Source of the DNA: Squalus acanthias
Taxonomy: Eukaryota
DNA: 64,000 bases
Direction: 5' to 3'
Assembly (NCBI GenBank): GCA_030390025.1
Contig: CM059438.1
Span: 70,186,001-70,250,000, forward strand
Below are positions 24,435 to 36,089 of the stretch, in pieces. Numbering within the stretch: position 1 is the stretch's first letter; the number at the start of each line of letters is the position of its first letter. Under the pieces are notes generated by a model. That model made no database searches and was not told the origin of the DNA. It saw only the letters and a program-made list of their open reading frames with translations. The position numbers were made by a program, and so were the translations under genes.

Positions 24435-25008
24435 GGCCTGGAATTTGCGGTCAGCGGCGAGGTGACAGCAAACCAGGAAATAAAAAGCATTGATTATCTG
24501 GACTTTAAATTTTTTTTTTACAGAGTGAAATGAAGATTGGGACATACACATAGGGTTAAGGTCAAAGCTGAAATATCATAAGCAAACTTTAAAAAAAAAT
24601 TTAAAATTATTTTATCAATCTAATAATTTTCTATCATCATGAGAAATTTGACATTCCACAAATATAAAATTCGTTTTTTAGGACCAGACGGTTGTTCAGC
24701 AGTCAATGTGCCGTTAAAACCCCAGTTGCACCTATTCCAACAAGGCTTAACTTTTAATGGGGAGTTTGACAGTGTAATTAGATCAGAAAAGTTTAGGTTT
24801 TCACCGTTCAACTGATTTCACTGAGTGCCACAGCGATGGGGAGTTCCACAGCGCAGCCAATGTCGGAGCAGTGAATGACTGACCGCAACTTCAGGATTTC
24901 CGTGTTTATCTGCGAATGTGCTAAATCCTGAAGTTACGGTCAGTTTCAGAGGGGTAATGATGGCGAACGCTGACAATTTACCGTCATTGCCACCGCAAAA
25001 TCCGGGCT
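24435..25008. mobile_element. MITE group N
   Basis: TIRs ggcctggaatttgcggt / accgcaaaatccgggct; TSD att (24432-34 and 25009-11); internal 13-bp hairpin aacttcaggattt...aaatcctgaagtt. Confidence 0.75.
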
Positions 25009-26674
25009 ATTGTGCGTTACTGTAGGGAAATGCCAAACACATCTCAAGCAAGAATTGCTGAATTTTATTGCTTTAATGTTAATTCTGAACATTGCATGCT
25101 CCCCGAGTTTTGTGTGGACTTCAATCCGCTGTGCATGTTTCTTCGTTTCAAATAAAGAATTCCCGTCTAAGCTAATAAAAAGTTGCAGCGTTTTTGTATT
25201 CATTTTTATTTTATGTATTACATTTTTTCAACTGAACCTTTTAAATGCTCACTTAGTTCAATCAGTTCCACCAGCCAGGGCTGAAGAAATAATGATTTGT
25301 TCTTGAGCAGTTTTCTCCCCTCTTTTACTAAAGCTGCTGCTGCTTACTGGGGTTTGGATTCCACAGATTCCAGCTGCCCCTCCAGTACCATTGCTTACCT
25401 GTCACCTGGGTCGTCAGCATCAGCCGGTTATTTGGCCTGGAGTTGATCCTGCCCTTACCTGGGAGAAGAATTGCCCTGGGTTTCTACATGCAGTGAGATC
25501 GTAAACCTGTCCTATTTGAGTACAGTTATGTTCCTACACATGGTGAACAGAGCAATTTCCCCCCTCAGATGTCCAGTCACCATAAACATTTCCAAATAGG
25601 GTTCATTGGATAATGCTCAAGAGTGGGAACCCTGGTTGATCTTTTTTTTCTGCGAGTTTTTTCTAAGATGTGGAAAGAAAGGCCAGTCATAGCACTCCAT
25701 TGCCACCATGGCAGAAGTCAGCTACCACCATGGCAGAAGTCAGCTAGCCTAATATAGAGCGAACCTAGGGCGTTCTTGACCATATGTTTCAGAACCACAG
25801 AATGCAATGTATTTATAGAATAAACCATAGAAGGTGATAAAGTGAATCTTTCTGCTAAACTTTAAAAATGGAGAATGCCAAACCACTTTCTTTCAGTGGC
25901 CATCTGATACTCCACTGAAGGGATATTTACTAGTCCTAGCCCCTTTAGAGCTACCCCGGATCAGGCGTATTTCTCAGACGTTCACTTTCAACTAAAGTTT
26001 GAGGTAGCCAAATCCTAAAGACGCTTAATTGGGTCTAAAGGTCCGGACTATCTCTCCCTAAAGGAAAGGAACAACCTGAAATGTTACCGTCCTCCAGATA
26101 GGGGTTCCAGGATTTTGACCCACCGACGATGAAGGAATGATTGTCTTCTACGCAAACAATCTGCCATGAAGAGATAAGTGATTTAAAATCTGAAACATCT
26201 TGTATTTAAAAATATTCCCATCTAATTATGACAATCCACCAGTAGGATTATGCTAATACAGTACTGTGGCGTGTGTCTGTAAATGAATGTGTTGTTATGG
26301 CAAAGGGTTATTCACCTAGAAAGAATGAGTGATATTAAATGTGACATTTTATTGCTCCCCATATGGCAGTCAGTTAATAGGTTTCTGTAAATGTCACTAA
26401 GATCGTTGTCTATGATGTGTTTCAGTGACACCATCAACACTGTGACACTTAATGTCTTTATGGTTTCCCTGAGCTGTATTAAAATGCAGGTCCCAGAGGT
26501 AATGGTGCAGTTGTCTTGGACCATATTTGTTTCTTTTTAAGTTGCTTGTCAGCTTTCAGAATGGTTAAAGTGTCAAAGCGTGGAGTGGGTAGCAAGGTGG
26601 CATAGTGTGTTAGTGCTAGCCATCATCCTCAAAGTGCAGCAGGAGAGAGAATTAGCTGTAATTGCTGACACAAA

Positions 26675-27463
26675 GGGCCAGAATTTACTGTAGCCAGTGA
26701 ATGAATGGCGCCCATCATTCATTAGACTGGCCCTTGTTCGTTAAATTTCCATGAGGCTTTGCACTAGAAGTTGATGCAAGTTGGAGATGGAAACAGCACG
26801 GCACCCTCTACAGGGGACCCTGGGACCTGTGTGAACGGTGCAAGCAACTGTGTATCTCCTTAACCACTCAGATTGAAGGATTGTGAAATGAACAGCCAGA
26901 GTCTGAACCAGGAAGTGTGAGAATATTGAATTCAATGTCAAATCAGGTATAGAGTGCTAAGTAAAGAGAGGGAAAGAAAGATTGGAATAAGAGAGAGAGA
27001 AAAAAGTGACAGAAAGAAAAAGTTAAAAAAAGCTTCATTTAATCTTTTTTATATCTCCAACAACAATTAAAAGCTGAAGGAATGAGACTCCACAATTTGT
27101 TGCCACATTTCAGTAAATTTTCAGCACGAGAGAGTTTGTTTGGCCATAATTCAGACTCATCACCCTGTTAAAAAGGATGCTTAGACTGAAATGGACAAGC
27201 CCTAACTTTCTGTGGTGAGATTAGATCATATCTATCATGCAAGTACAGGAACTTCACGCTGTTCAATGCACTTGAATGGTAAGTTAGACGGTGAGATGCT
27301 GTTTTTGTGAAACTCATGGCGGAGCGGCACATCTCGGACAGCAACTTCCGGATTTTCACGTTTAACTGCGCATCTGCCCTCGCTTGAAGTTGCTGTATGG
27401 TTTGCGCATAAATAACGGTGAGCACCGTTAGCCTCACCATTATTTTAACAGTAAATTCTGATT
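26675..27463. mobile_element. MITE group N-related
   Basis: Perfect 13-bp inverted ends cagaatttactgt / acagtaaattctg. Shares the gcaacttc.ggattt...gaagtt segment with 24435-25008. Confidence 0.7.
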
Positions 27464-28038
27464 TTGAAGTTGCATTTTAAATTTCCTCCTCTTTGCTGTT
27501 TATCCCTCTTTAAGCCCCCCTATATAAGACACCGTCACCTTGTACAGATGCCTAAAAGTGTCTTGCTCTCCAGACATATGCTAATGCTGGTCTGTAACTG
27601 GCCATTTGAAGGCACATTAATTTGTTTTTCCAGCACTTGTTATTTTCTCCAAAAAGCCCATCTGAAACTGGGAATTCACCTTCTGACAATATCAGGCGAT
27701 TGACATCAGCTGCTTCAACCAGTTTGGTGTCTGTTGTTTTGAATTGCTACCTTAGTTTGAAAACATCACACAGTGCATCAAGTCACCTGACAAAAGAAAG
27801 TGATGCAGTGACTCATACTCTCATTTTCTCTCCCTCTCATTGGGGTAATCCCAGCTTCACCTTGGTGCTACTTCTCACACCACAGTAAAGATAAGGAACC
27901 AACTGTTTAAGGAATGGTAGAATTAACATCTTGCACTAAGTGTGTTGTCATGATGCGGAGATGCCGGTGTTGGACTGGGGTGGACAAAAGTGAGAAGTCG
28001 CACAACACCAGGTTATAGTCCAACAGTTTTATTTGAAA

Positions 28039-28076
28039 TCACAAGCTTTCGGAGCTGCTGCTCCTTCGTCAGGTGA
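28039..28076 (-). ncRNA. Minimal hammerhead ribozyme motif (family B)
   Basis: Minus strand tcac-CTGACGA-A-GGAGC-agca-GCTCC-GAAA-GCTT-gtga. Confidence 0.8.
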
Positions 28077-28280
28077 AGTGAAGGAATACAAATCGGCAAA
28101 GCATATATAGACAGAGAACAATGCATGTGCAGCGTACAATGTCAGACGACTACAGTTAATCTTTCTGCCGAGGTGTGATAAAAGGCAGTCAGAAAGATTA
28201 ACTGTAGTTGTCTGACATTGTACGCTGCACAGGGATTGTTCTCTGTCTATATATGCTTTGCCGATTCGTATTCCTTCACT

Positions 28281-28318
28281 TCACCTGACGAAGGAGCAGC
28301 AGCTCCGAAAGCTTGTGA
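28281..28318 (+). ncRNA. Minimal hammerhead ribozyme motif (family B)
   Basis: tcac-CTGACGA-A-GGAGC-agca-GCTCC-GAAA-GCTT-gtga; intact core with G-C closing stem II. Confidence 0.8.
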
Positions 28319-28510
28319 TTTCAAATAAAACTGTTGGACTATAACCTGGTGTTGTGTGACTTCTCACTTAAGTGAGTTGTCACATCCATTGACTCCATGC
28401 TGTTTCAATTTAACCACTTCCTACATTCTGGCTGCAATTTGCCAATGGAGAAAACGTTGGTGTTTTGTGCCGTGTTTCTTTACCCTGACAGTGGTGAAAA
28501 TGTGGAACTC

Positions 28511-29462
28511 AATAACAACTTGTATTTATATCGAGCCTTTAACGTAGTAAAACGTCCCAAAGCGCTTCACGGGAGCGTAATTAAAAAATTTCAACCGAGC
28601 CCCATAAGGAGATGTTAGGGCAGATACCCAAAAGGTTGGCCAACGAGGTAGGTTTGCGTCTTAAAGGAGGAAAGAGAGGTAGAGGAGCTGAGATGTTTAG
28701 GGAGGGAATTCCCGAGCTTAGGGCCGAGGCAGCTGAAGGCACAGCCACCAATGGTTGATCGATTAAAATCAGGGATGCTCAAGAGGGCAGAATTAGAGGA
28801 GCGCAGATAACGTGAAGGGTCGTGGGGCTGGAGGAGGTTCCAGAGATGGGGAGGGGCGAGAACATGGAGGGATTTGACAACAAGGATGAAAATTTTAAAA
28901 TAAAAGCATTGCTTAACTGGTAGCCAATGTAGGTCAGCGAGCACAGGGGTTGATGGGTGAATGGGACTTGATGCGAGTTAGGGCACGGGCAGTTGAGTTT
29001 TGGATGCCCTCAAATTTACGGAGGGTAGAATGTGGGAGGCCAGCCAGGAGTACATTGGAATAGTCAAGTCTAGAGGTAACAAAGGCATGCATGTGGGTTT
29101 CAGCAGCAGATGAGCTGAGGTAGGGGCGGAGTCAGGCGATGTTACAGAGGCTGAAATAGACGATCTTATTGATGGTGCGGATATGTGGTGGGAAGCTCAT
29201 TTCAGGGTCAAATAGAACACCAATGTAGCAAACAGTCTGGTTCAGCCTCAGACAGATGCTAGGGAGAGAGATGGAGTTGGTGGTTAGGGAATGGAATTTG
29301 TGGCGGGGACTGAAAACAATGCCTTCAGTCTTCCCAATATTTAGTTGGAGGAAATTTCCGCTCATCCAGTACTGGATGTCGGACAAGCAGTCTGACAATT
29401 TAGAGACAGTGGAGGGGTCGAGAGAAGTGGTGGTGAGGTAGAGCTGGGTGTCATCAGCATAC
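28511..29462 (-). mobile_element. L2 LINE 3' fragment
   Basis: YADDTQLY motif; LADLHWLPV...FKI...SRYLRSS...AFSCLGPKL C-terminus; 3' tail aaagcgc/tataaat type. Confidence 0.9.
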
Positions 29463-29665
29463 ATGTTACCACATGGAGTGGTTGAGGCGAATAGCATAGA
29501 TTCATTGAAGGAGAAGCTAGATAAGTACATGAGAGAGAAAGTAATAGAAGGATATGTTGATAGGGTGAGATGAAGTAAGGTGGGAGGGGACTCATGTGGA
29601 GCAGAAACACCGGCATAGACCTGTTGGGCCGAATGGCCTGTTTCTGTGCTGTAAATTCTATGTAA
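29463..29665 (+). mobile_element. CR1 3' end fragment
   Basis: gagtggttgaggcgaatagcatag...gggccgaatggcctgtttctgtgctgtaaattctatgt. Confidence 0.8.
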
Positions 29666-30091
29666 AATCACATGTTGCTGTAACCCTATGTTTCTTGGCA
29701 ACATGGTGAAGTACACAAAGTGGCACAAGCTGGACTGAGACACACTAAACTCGGTGATTTCTGTGGGCGCCTGAGGGAGCTGAATGTCTTAGTGTGTACA
29801 TTCCAGCAAAGTGGTTTTGAGCTTGTTGGCCTCCAGTGACTTTCTTTAGCTGTTGGGTCAGGTGTGGTGTCTGGAATTAAGATTACGAAACCCAACTTTG
29901 AAGGGTCCTTTATTTTATAGGCCAAGGATTGAGAGAGTCGCCTAAGGCCGTCACTCTCCTGAATTTATTTTTTGAAATGGCACCAACGGACGCCCTATGA
30001 ACTGGTGACAATGGGGAAGTGTATGCACAAAGAGGCTGTATCAAAATATCCATAGCATATGTGCAATGTCATTGCATCATGATGTCACCTA

Positions 30092-30550
30092 AAAAGAAAG
30101 GCTTTCATTTACATAGCACCTTTCACAACCTCTGAACATCCTAAAGCACTTTATAGCTAATTAAATACATTTTGATGTATAGTCACTTTTGTAATGTAGG
30201 AAAGGCGGCATCCAATTTGCACACAAAAAGCTCCCACAGAGAGCAATGTGATAATGACCAGATAATCTGCTTTAGTGATTTTGGTTGAGGGATAAATATT
30301 AGCCAGGACACTGCGGAGAACTCACCTGCTATTCTTTGAAATAGTTCTGTGGGATCTTTTACGTCCACCTGAGAGAGCAGATGCGGCCTTGGTTTAACGT
30401 CTCATCCAAAAGACAGCACCTCTGACAGTGCAGAACTCCTTCAGTACTACACTGGAGTCTCAGCCTGGATTTTGGGCTCAAGTCTCTGGATTGGTGCTTG
30501 AACCCACAACCTTCTGACTCAGAGGCATGTGTACTACCACCGAGCCTCAG
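30092..30550 (-). mobile_element. tRNA-derived Deu-like SINE
   Basis: Full-length reverse complement of 11195-11618. Confidence 0.85.
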
Positions 30551-31930
30551 CAAACAGCTAGTAACATACTAGACATTGACGTCATGACTTGACAGCATGA
30601 TATCATGGCAGCAATGTGCCTATGTAACAATGTCAGTGCTTTGATTAGGAACAATTAGACTGACAGCAAGCACAGGGATCAAGGGAAAAAAATGTTCGAA
30701 CGAAGTCCATTCGTTTTAGCGTTCTCTGGCTCCAGGCTATGGGAGCCGCTGACCAAAGATCAATAGGAAACCAGTTTAAAACAACTGCACTCGTGCAAGC
30801 TTATTGATGTGCAGCTTTTCTCTTGTTCCAGCTGTTGTGGAAATCCATTTGCAATATGAACAGGATATGTTCTGCTACATCGGAGCCCTGAGGCAGTATT
30901 ACAAGACAGCTTCATGGAACAGTTCTGCATTATAAAAATGACATTAAACCGTTCTTTCACCTCCGAGATCTGGGATAGATTGTTTGGGGAAGGAGTGCAA
31001 CACTGGTTTTGTTAGAGATACTTTCTGGTCTAAGTACACTATTCTGACAGAACAGCTAGAACTTTACTTTGCATTTGTTTCTCTGCCAAGCCTGAAGGGT
31101 AGACCCACTGAAGCAAAACATATTATCAGGCACGCAATCAAATAGCCTGTGAGGCACAGCGATGATCTAATCCTTGTATAGGTGCCTGCTGCATATGGCA
31201 TTTGCATCTTGGGGGCTGGGAGAGCATTTCAAAAATTCATTGGATCTCAGCAGGACTGCTTGATGCTGTCACTGGGAGCAGGATGAAAAATAATTCCAAA
31301 CACTGTTAGCCCATACTTTGGCATGCATGTCCACACCAGGAAAATGATATATTAAGACACGGTTCATTTAGACTGAAAATTACTTCCTTTGAATCTAAAC
31401 ATCACCTCATAACCACAGAATAGTTTTCACTATCTTTCTCTGTGCTTCATACAAGGCTGGATTTGGAGTCTCTCAACTTTTCCTGAGCTTGGTTTTTTTT
31501 AACTTTTTTTTTTAATTGTTATCTTGGACCCCATAAATCAATCTTTATGATTCAAATCTTGCAAGTGCTTTTCAGTTTGTTTTCATGGCTCTAAATGCAT
31601 CCAAATAATTTAGTCAATGTTGGAATGTAGATTCCATGCTGTGCGCAGAATGATGCCTGCTGTGATCAGACGTCAGACGGTTTTCACACAATGCACACAA
31701 TTAACGCTGAGTGGTGATTGGGAGAGGGGCTGGTGAAAAGATCTGAGAGTAGAAAGTGGGGAAGAGAAGTCTTGTTTTTTTTTAAATGGTTCAGAAGAGC
31801 ATGAAATGCTGTGGAACATGAAGCGACGAGAACCATTGAACGAACTATCATGTCAAGGTTGTCTACAACAATAACTTGCATTTATACAGCACTCCTCCCA
31901 TGCAGGAAGACCTCTCAGAGCACTTATGTA

Positions 31931-33035
31931 TGTGATGCGGAGATGCCGGTGTTGGACTGGGGTGGACAAAAGTGAGAAGTCACACAACACCAGGTTATAG
32001 TCCAAAACAGTTTTATTTGAAATCACAAGCTTTCGGAGCTGCTGCCCCTTCGTCAGGTGAAGTGAAGGAATACGAATCGGCAAAGCATATATAGACAGAC
32101 AACAATGCATGTGTAGCGTACAATGTCAGATGACTACATTTAATCCTTCTGACTGCCTTTCGTCACACCTCGGCAGAGAAACAATCAGGTCAGCCAGTAA
32201 GGCACCACATCAAAGACATAGCAAGATACAACTGAGACAATGAGGTGGGGTCACAGGGGGTCTAATGTGTCAAATGCTGCAGTCTGTATGGAAAACCATA
32301 AACTTTAAAATTTTTACTTTTTTTTTACTGGAAATCACATCTGTGAACAAGCCAACGACGACTCGAGTCTGGATGACTCTACGTCATGTAGCGTGACATG
32401 AACCCAAGATCCCGGTTGAGGCCGTCCTCATGAGTGCGGAACTTGGCTATCAGTTTCTGCTCGATGATTTTGCATTGTCGTGTGTCTCGAAGGCCGCCTT
32501 GGAGAACGCTTACCCGCAGATCCGAGGCTGAATGTCCTTGACTGCTGAAGTGTTCCCCGACTGGGAGGTAACAATCCTGCCTGGCGATTGTTGCGCGGTG
32601 TCCGTTCATACGTTGTCTCAGTGTCTACATGGTCTCGCCGATGTACCATGCTCTGGTGCATCCTTTCCTGCAACGTATGAGGTAGACAACGTTGGCCGAG
32701 TCACATGAGTATGTACCATGTACCTGGTGGGTAGTGTCCTCACGTGTGATGATGGTATCTGTGTTGATGATCTGGCATGTCTTGCAGAGGTTGCCGTGGC
32801 AGGGTTGTGTGGTGTTGTGGTCGCTGGTAATTTGCTGCGAACTATGGTACTTTTGAGGTTAGGCGGCTGTTTGAAGGCGAGTAGTGGAGGCGTGGGGATG
32901 GCCTTAGCGAGGTGTTCGTCGTCATCGATGACATGTTGAAGGCTGCGAAGAACATGGCGTAGTTTCTCCGCTCCGGGGAAGTACTGGACGACGTAGGGTA
33001 CCCTGTTGGTTGTGTCCCGTGTTCGCCTTATGAGG
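31931..33035 (-). mobile_element. Penelope-like element family B, 5'-truncated, with GIY-YIG endonuclease remnant and terminal hammerhead
   Basis: Minus-strand NVVYLIRCRKGC...WYIGET...RMNGHR...PVGEHF...EQKLIAKFRT..GLN. TSD acttatgta (31922-31930 and 33036-33044). Confidence 0.88.
32023..32060 (-). ncRNA. Minimal hammerhead ribozyme motif (family B)
   Basis: tcac-CTGACGA-A-GGGGC-agca-GCTCC-GAAA-GCTT-gtga; the A>G change in stem II leaves a G-U pair. Confidence 0.75.
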
Positions 33036-33472
33036 ACTTATGTAGAATAGGCTGTTGCTTGAGTGGGAAAAATTTTGTAACAACTTTCATCAGGAGATTA
33101 AAGGGGTTGGGTAGAAGCCACGATAGGAGGTGAATGGGTGTGGCTTGTGGAATGAATGGGCCAATAGGGTTTTGGTATCCATTGTTTTCTTATCTTCCTT
33201 AGTATGCAGTCATGTTATTATTTTTGTTTCAGTTACTTTTTCTTCCAGCCCCCATTTCCTTTTATGGCTGTCTTCTCCCTCTCCCCTCAGCAGAGTGGTC
33301 CAGAACAGCTTGAATTCTGACTTTTGTTTTACAGCTGATGAAAAATAATTGAAGATTTTAAGTAATAATGCCGTCAGTTCACACAGCAATTATGCAACTG
33401 AAAAATGCACTTCTAATTTTTTGGTGTCTGCTGTTGATTTTAATAAACTTCTGGACAGCTAACTCAAAAACC

Positions 33473-34230
33473 CAATATAAGAACAGAAAATGCTGGAAAT
33501 ACTCAGCAGGCCAGGAAGCATCTGTGGAGAGAGAAACAGAGTTAATGTTTCAGGTCGATGACCTTTCATCAGAACTGGAAAACGTTAGCGACGTAAGAGC
33601 TTTTAAGCAATTACAGAGGGCAGGGAAAGGGGGGAGGGGAGGAAAGAACAACAGGGAAGGTCTGTGATGGTGTGGAAGGCAGGAGTGATTAAATGACAAA
33701 AGGTATGATAGTACAAAGCAAAAGGAGATGTTAATGGGACAAGTAAAGAAACAAAAGATGAGTCGAGAAGATGTGTAAATGGGAATGGCAGAATCATCAA
33801 CAGCTGCCATGTGAATATATAGGGGCAAAGGTTGAAATTGTTGAACTTGATGTTGAGTCCAGAAGGCTGTAAAGTGCCTTATCGAAAGATGAGGTGCTGT
33901 TCCTCGAGCTTACGTTGAGCTTCGTCGGAACAATGTAAGAGGCCGAGGACAGAGAGGTCAGAGTGGGAGTGGAGCGGAGAATTAACGTGACAGGCGACCG
34001 GAAGCTCGGGGTCACCCTTACGGACTGAACGGAGGTGTTCTGCAAAGCGGTCACCCAATCTGCGTTTGGTCTCCCCAATGTAGAGGAGACCACATCGTGA
34101 GCAGCGAATATAGTATACTAAATTGCAAGAAGTACTAGTAAATCGCTGTTTCACCTGGAAGAAGTGTGGGGGGCCCTGGACAGTGGGAAGGGAGTGGTAA
34201 AAGGGCAGGTGTTGCATCTCCTGTGCTTGC
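33473..34230 (-). mobile_element. Penelope-like element family A, GIY-YIG remnant; hammerhead at ~33540-33575 with mutated stem III (GAAACATT)
   Basis: NLVYYIRCSRCGLLYIGETKRRLGDRFAEHLRSV...PVACH...RKLEEQHLIFR. Confidence 0.88.
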
Positions 34231-35344
34231 AAAATATTGATTGTCTGCTTCAAAATTATATTAATAATGTTATTCAGCTGGATATCAACGTAATGGCCCA
34301 TACTTCACTCATCATTCTTTCCCAATAAAATATTTCATTCGGAAGGAATATCAGATAATTCTGAATTCTCAGCAACGAGCCACACCAGCATAGATTGTGG
34401 GTCACAAAGTTGGAGCTACAGTGTTGGTTTCCCTTTTTCTGGCCCGGCTCTTTCCCTCACTGAGATGCAGGATTAACCTTAATGAGTAGGTGTGAGTCAT
34501 AGAGAGACCAACAACACTCTTTGCAGGCAATAATGAGTATAATATTATGCCCCATCGCACCATATTGTGCCAATTGGCTGCCTCTCTTATTTCGACTTAA
34601 ATCAGATTCATCAGTGACTTATGAGACCACTGAGCTTAGAATTTCCGATTGGTGTTATTTCAACAGATTAGCCCATTTATTATACAGTAAATGGGCTAAT
34701 GGCATTAAAATAACACCCATCAAAAAATCTAGGGTTTGGTTTCTTATCAGCAACAATGGGGAATAATTCAATGAATTTGACGAACTTCAACATCAGCATC
34801 ATCTACAAACTGTTCACAATGGCATGTCCATTTATGAAAGGAACCAAATGTCTGATCAGTCACTGAATCCCTTGGCACTGAGCATCGTGTAGTATGGCAG
34901 GGCGAGTATGGGTTACATACACATACTTGCCCAGAACCACTGGCTTATTATTATTAATCTGAAGCTACTTCAGTGTCCACAATGACCACGTGGAAACGGC
35001 CGAGCAGTCGATCCTGTTTATATAATGCCCTGGAGTACTTTATTTATGCCAAATTAGTAAATGCTGATGATTGTAGCTCTTATGTTGACTGGGGTTATGA
35101 TTAAATCTCTTTGTTGGTTGTGTGCTAATGGTTTGATGACAGCTTTTGCTTCATGAAATTTTTGTAATTGGAAATTCACTCATAGGTGCCAACTGGTACA
35201 TTTTACTTTGTGCAAATGATTACATAGGACGTCACTGCTGTTCATAAATATTAATGTAGCGTCAGCAAAAGTTGCACTGCTTCTGTTTATTAATGTGACA
35301 CCAAAAAGCATCAGTGTGAACACTGATGAATTGGAGAATTTGCT

Positions 35345-35740
35345 TTCATTCCCGGGAGGTGGGCGTCGCTGGCAACACCAGCATTTATTGCCCATCCCTA
35401 ATTGCCCTTAAGAAGGTGGTGGTGAGCTGCTATTTCAGAGGGCAGTTAAGAATCAACCACATTGCTGTGGGTCTGGAGTCACATAGAGGCCAGACCGGGT
35501 AAGGATGGCAGATTTCCTTCCCAAAAGGACATTAGTGAACCAGATGGGTTTTTACGACAATCCGGTAGTTTCATGGTCACCATTACCGATACTAGCTTTT
35601 TTTTATTCCAGATTTATTTAATTAACTGAATTTCAGTTCTCCAGCTGCTATGGTAGGATTTGAACTCATGTCTCTGGATCATTAGTCTAGGCCTCTGGAT
35701 TACTAGTCTAGTAACATAACCACTATTCTACCGTACCCCA
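35345..35740 (-). mobile_element. tRNA-derived SINE, second family
   Basis: Minus-strand head gggtacggtagaatagtggtt...gagttcaaatcc; second copy at 41205-41632. Confidence 0.8.
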
Positions 35741-36089
35741 CAATTTGACAGTGCAGAGGTATCCACCTTTTCTTTTTACCTCTCTCAGTAGTTTAACTAG
35801 AATGAGTCCTCCTTGCTGATGTTTAGGGATTGCCTAGAAATGTTTCCTCAGGCAGATGAATATGTTACCCTGAAAAACATTGTGATGGTGTAGATATTGA
35901 GCTCTATAAGATTTATGGAATTCTTCAGCATTGACTTTGATAAATAGGCACAGGACCTATTGAATGATAGCTCGGCACATATTGACATCATGTTAACCCA
36001 ACTGACATTCTCTTTTTGTCAAAGTGTGTCAGAATGTTGGTGACCATGCAGGGTTGGAAACATCAATGCTTTTCTGACAATTCTAAATG

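Larger units (their letters stand above)
27951..28368. mobile_element. Fold-back (inverted terminal repeat) insertion of Penelope-like family B
   Basis: Arms ~27988-28167 and ~28190-28369 are near-perfect reverse complements. TSD taagtg(t/a)gttgtca at 27937-27950 and 28369-28382. Sequence matches the terminus of 31931-33035. Confidence 0.88.

Noticed and set aside
25702..25751. Perfect Kozak GCCACCATGG in a 22-bp tandem duplication
   Set aside because: Opens only a 14-codon ORF inside a decayed repeat.
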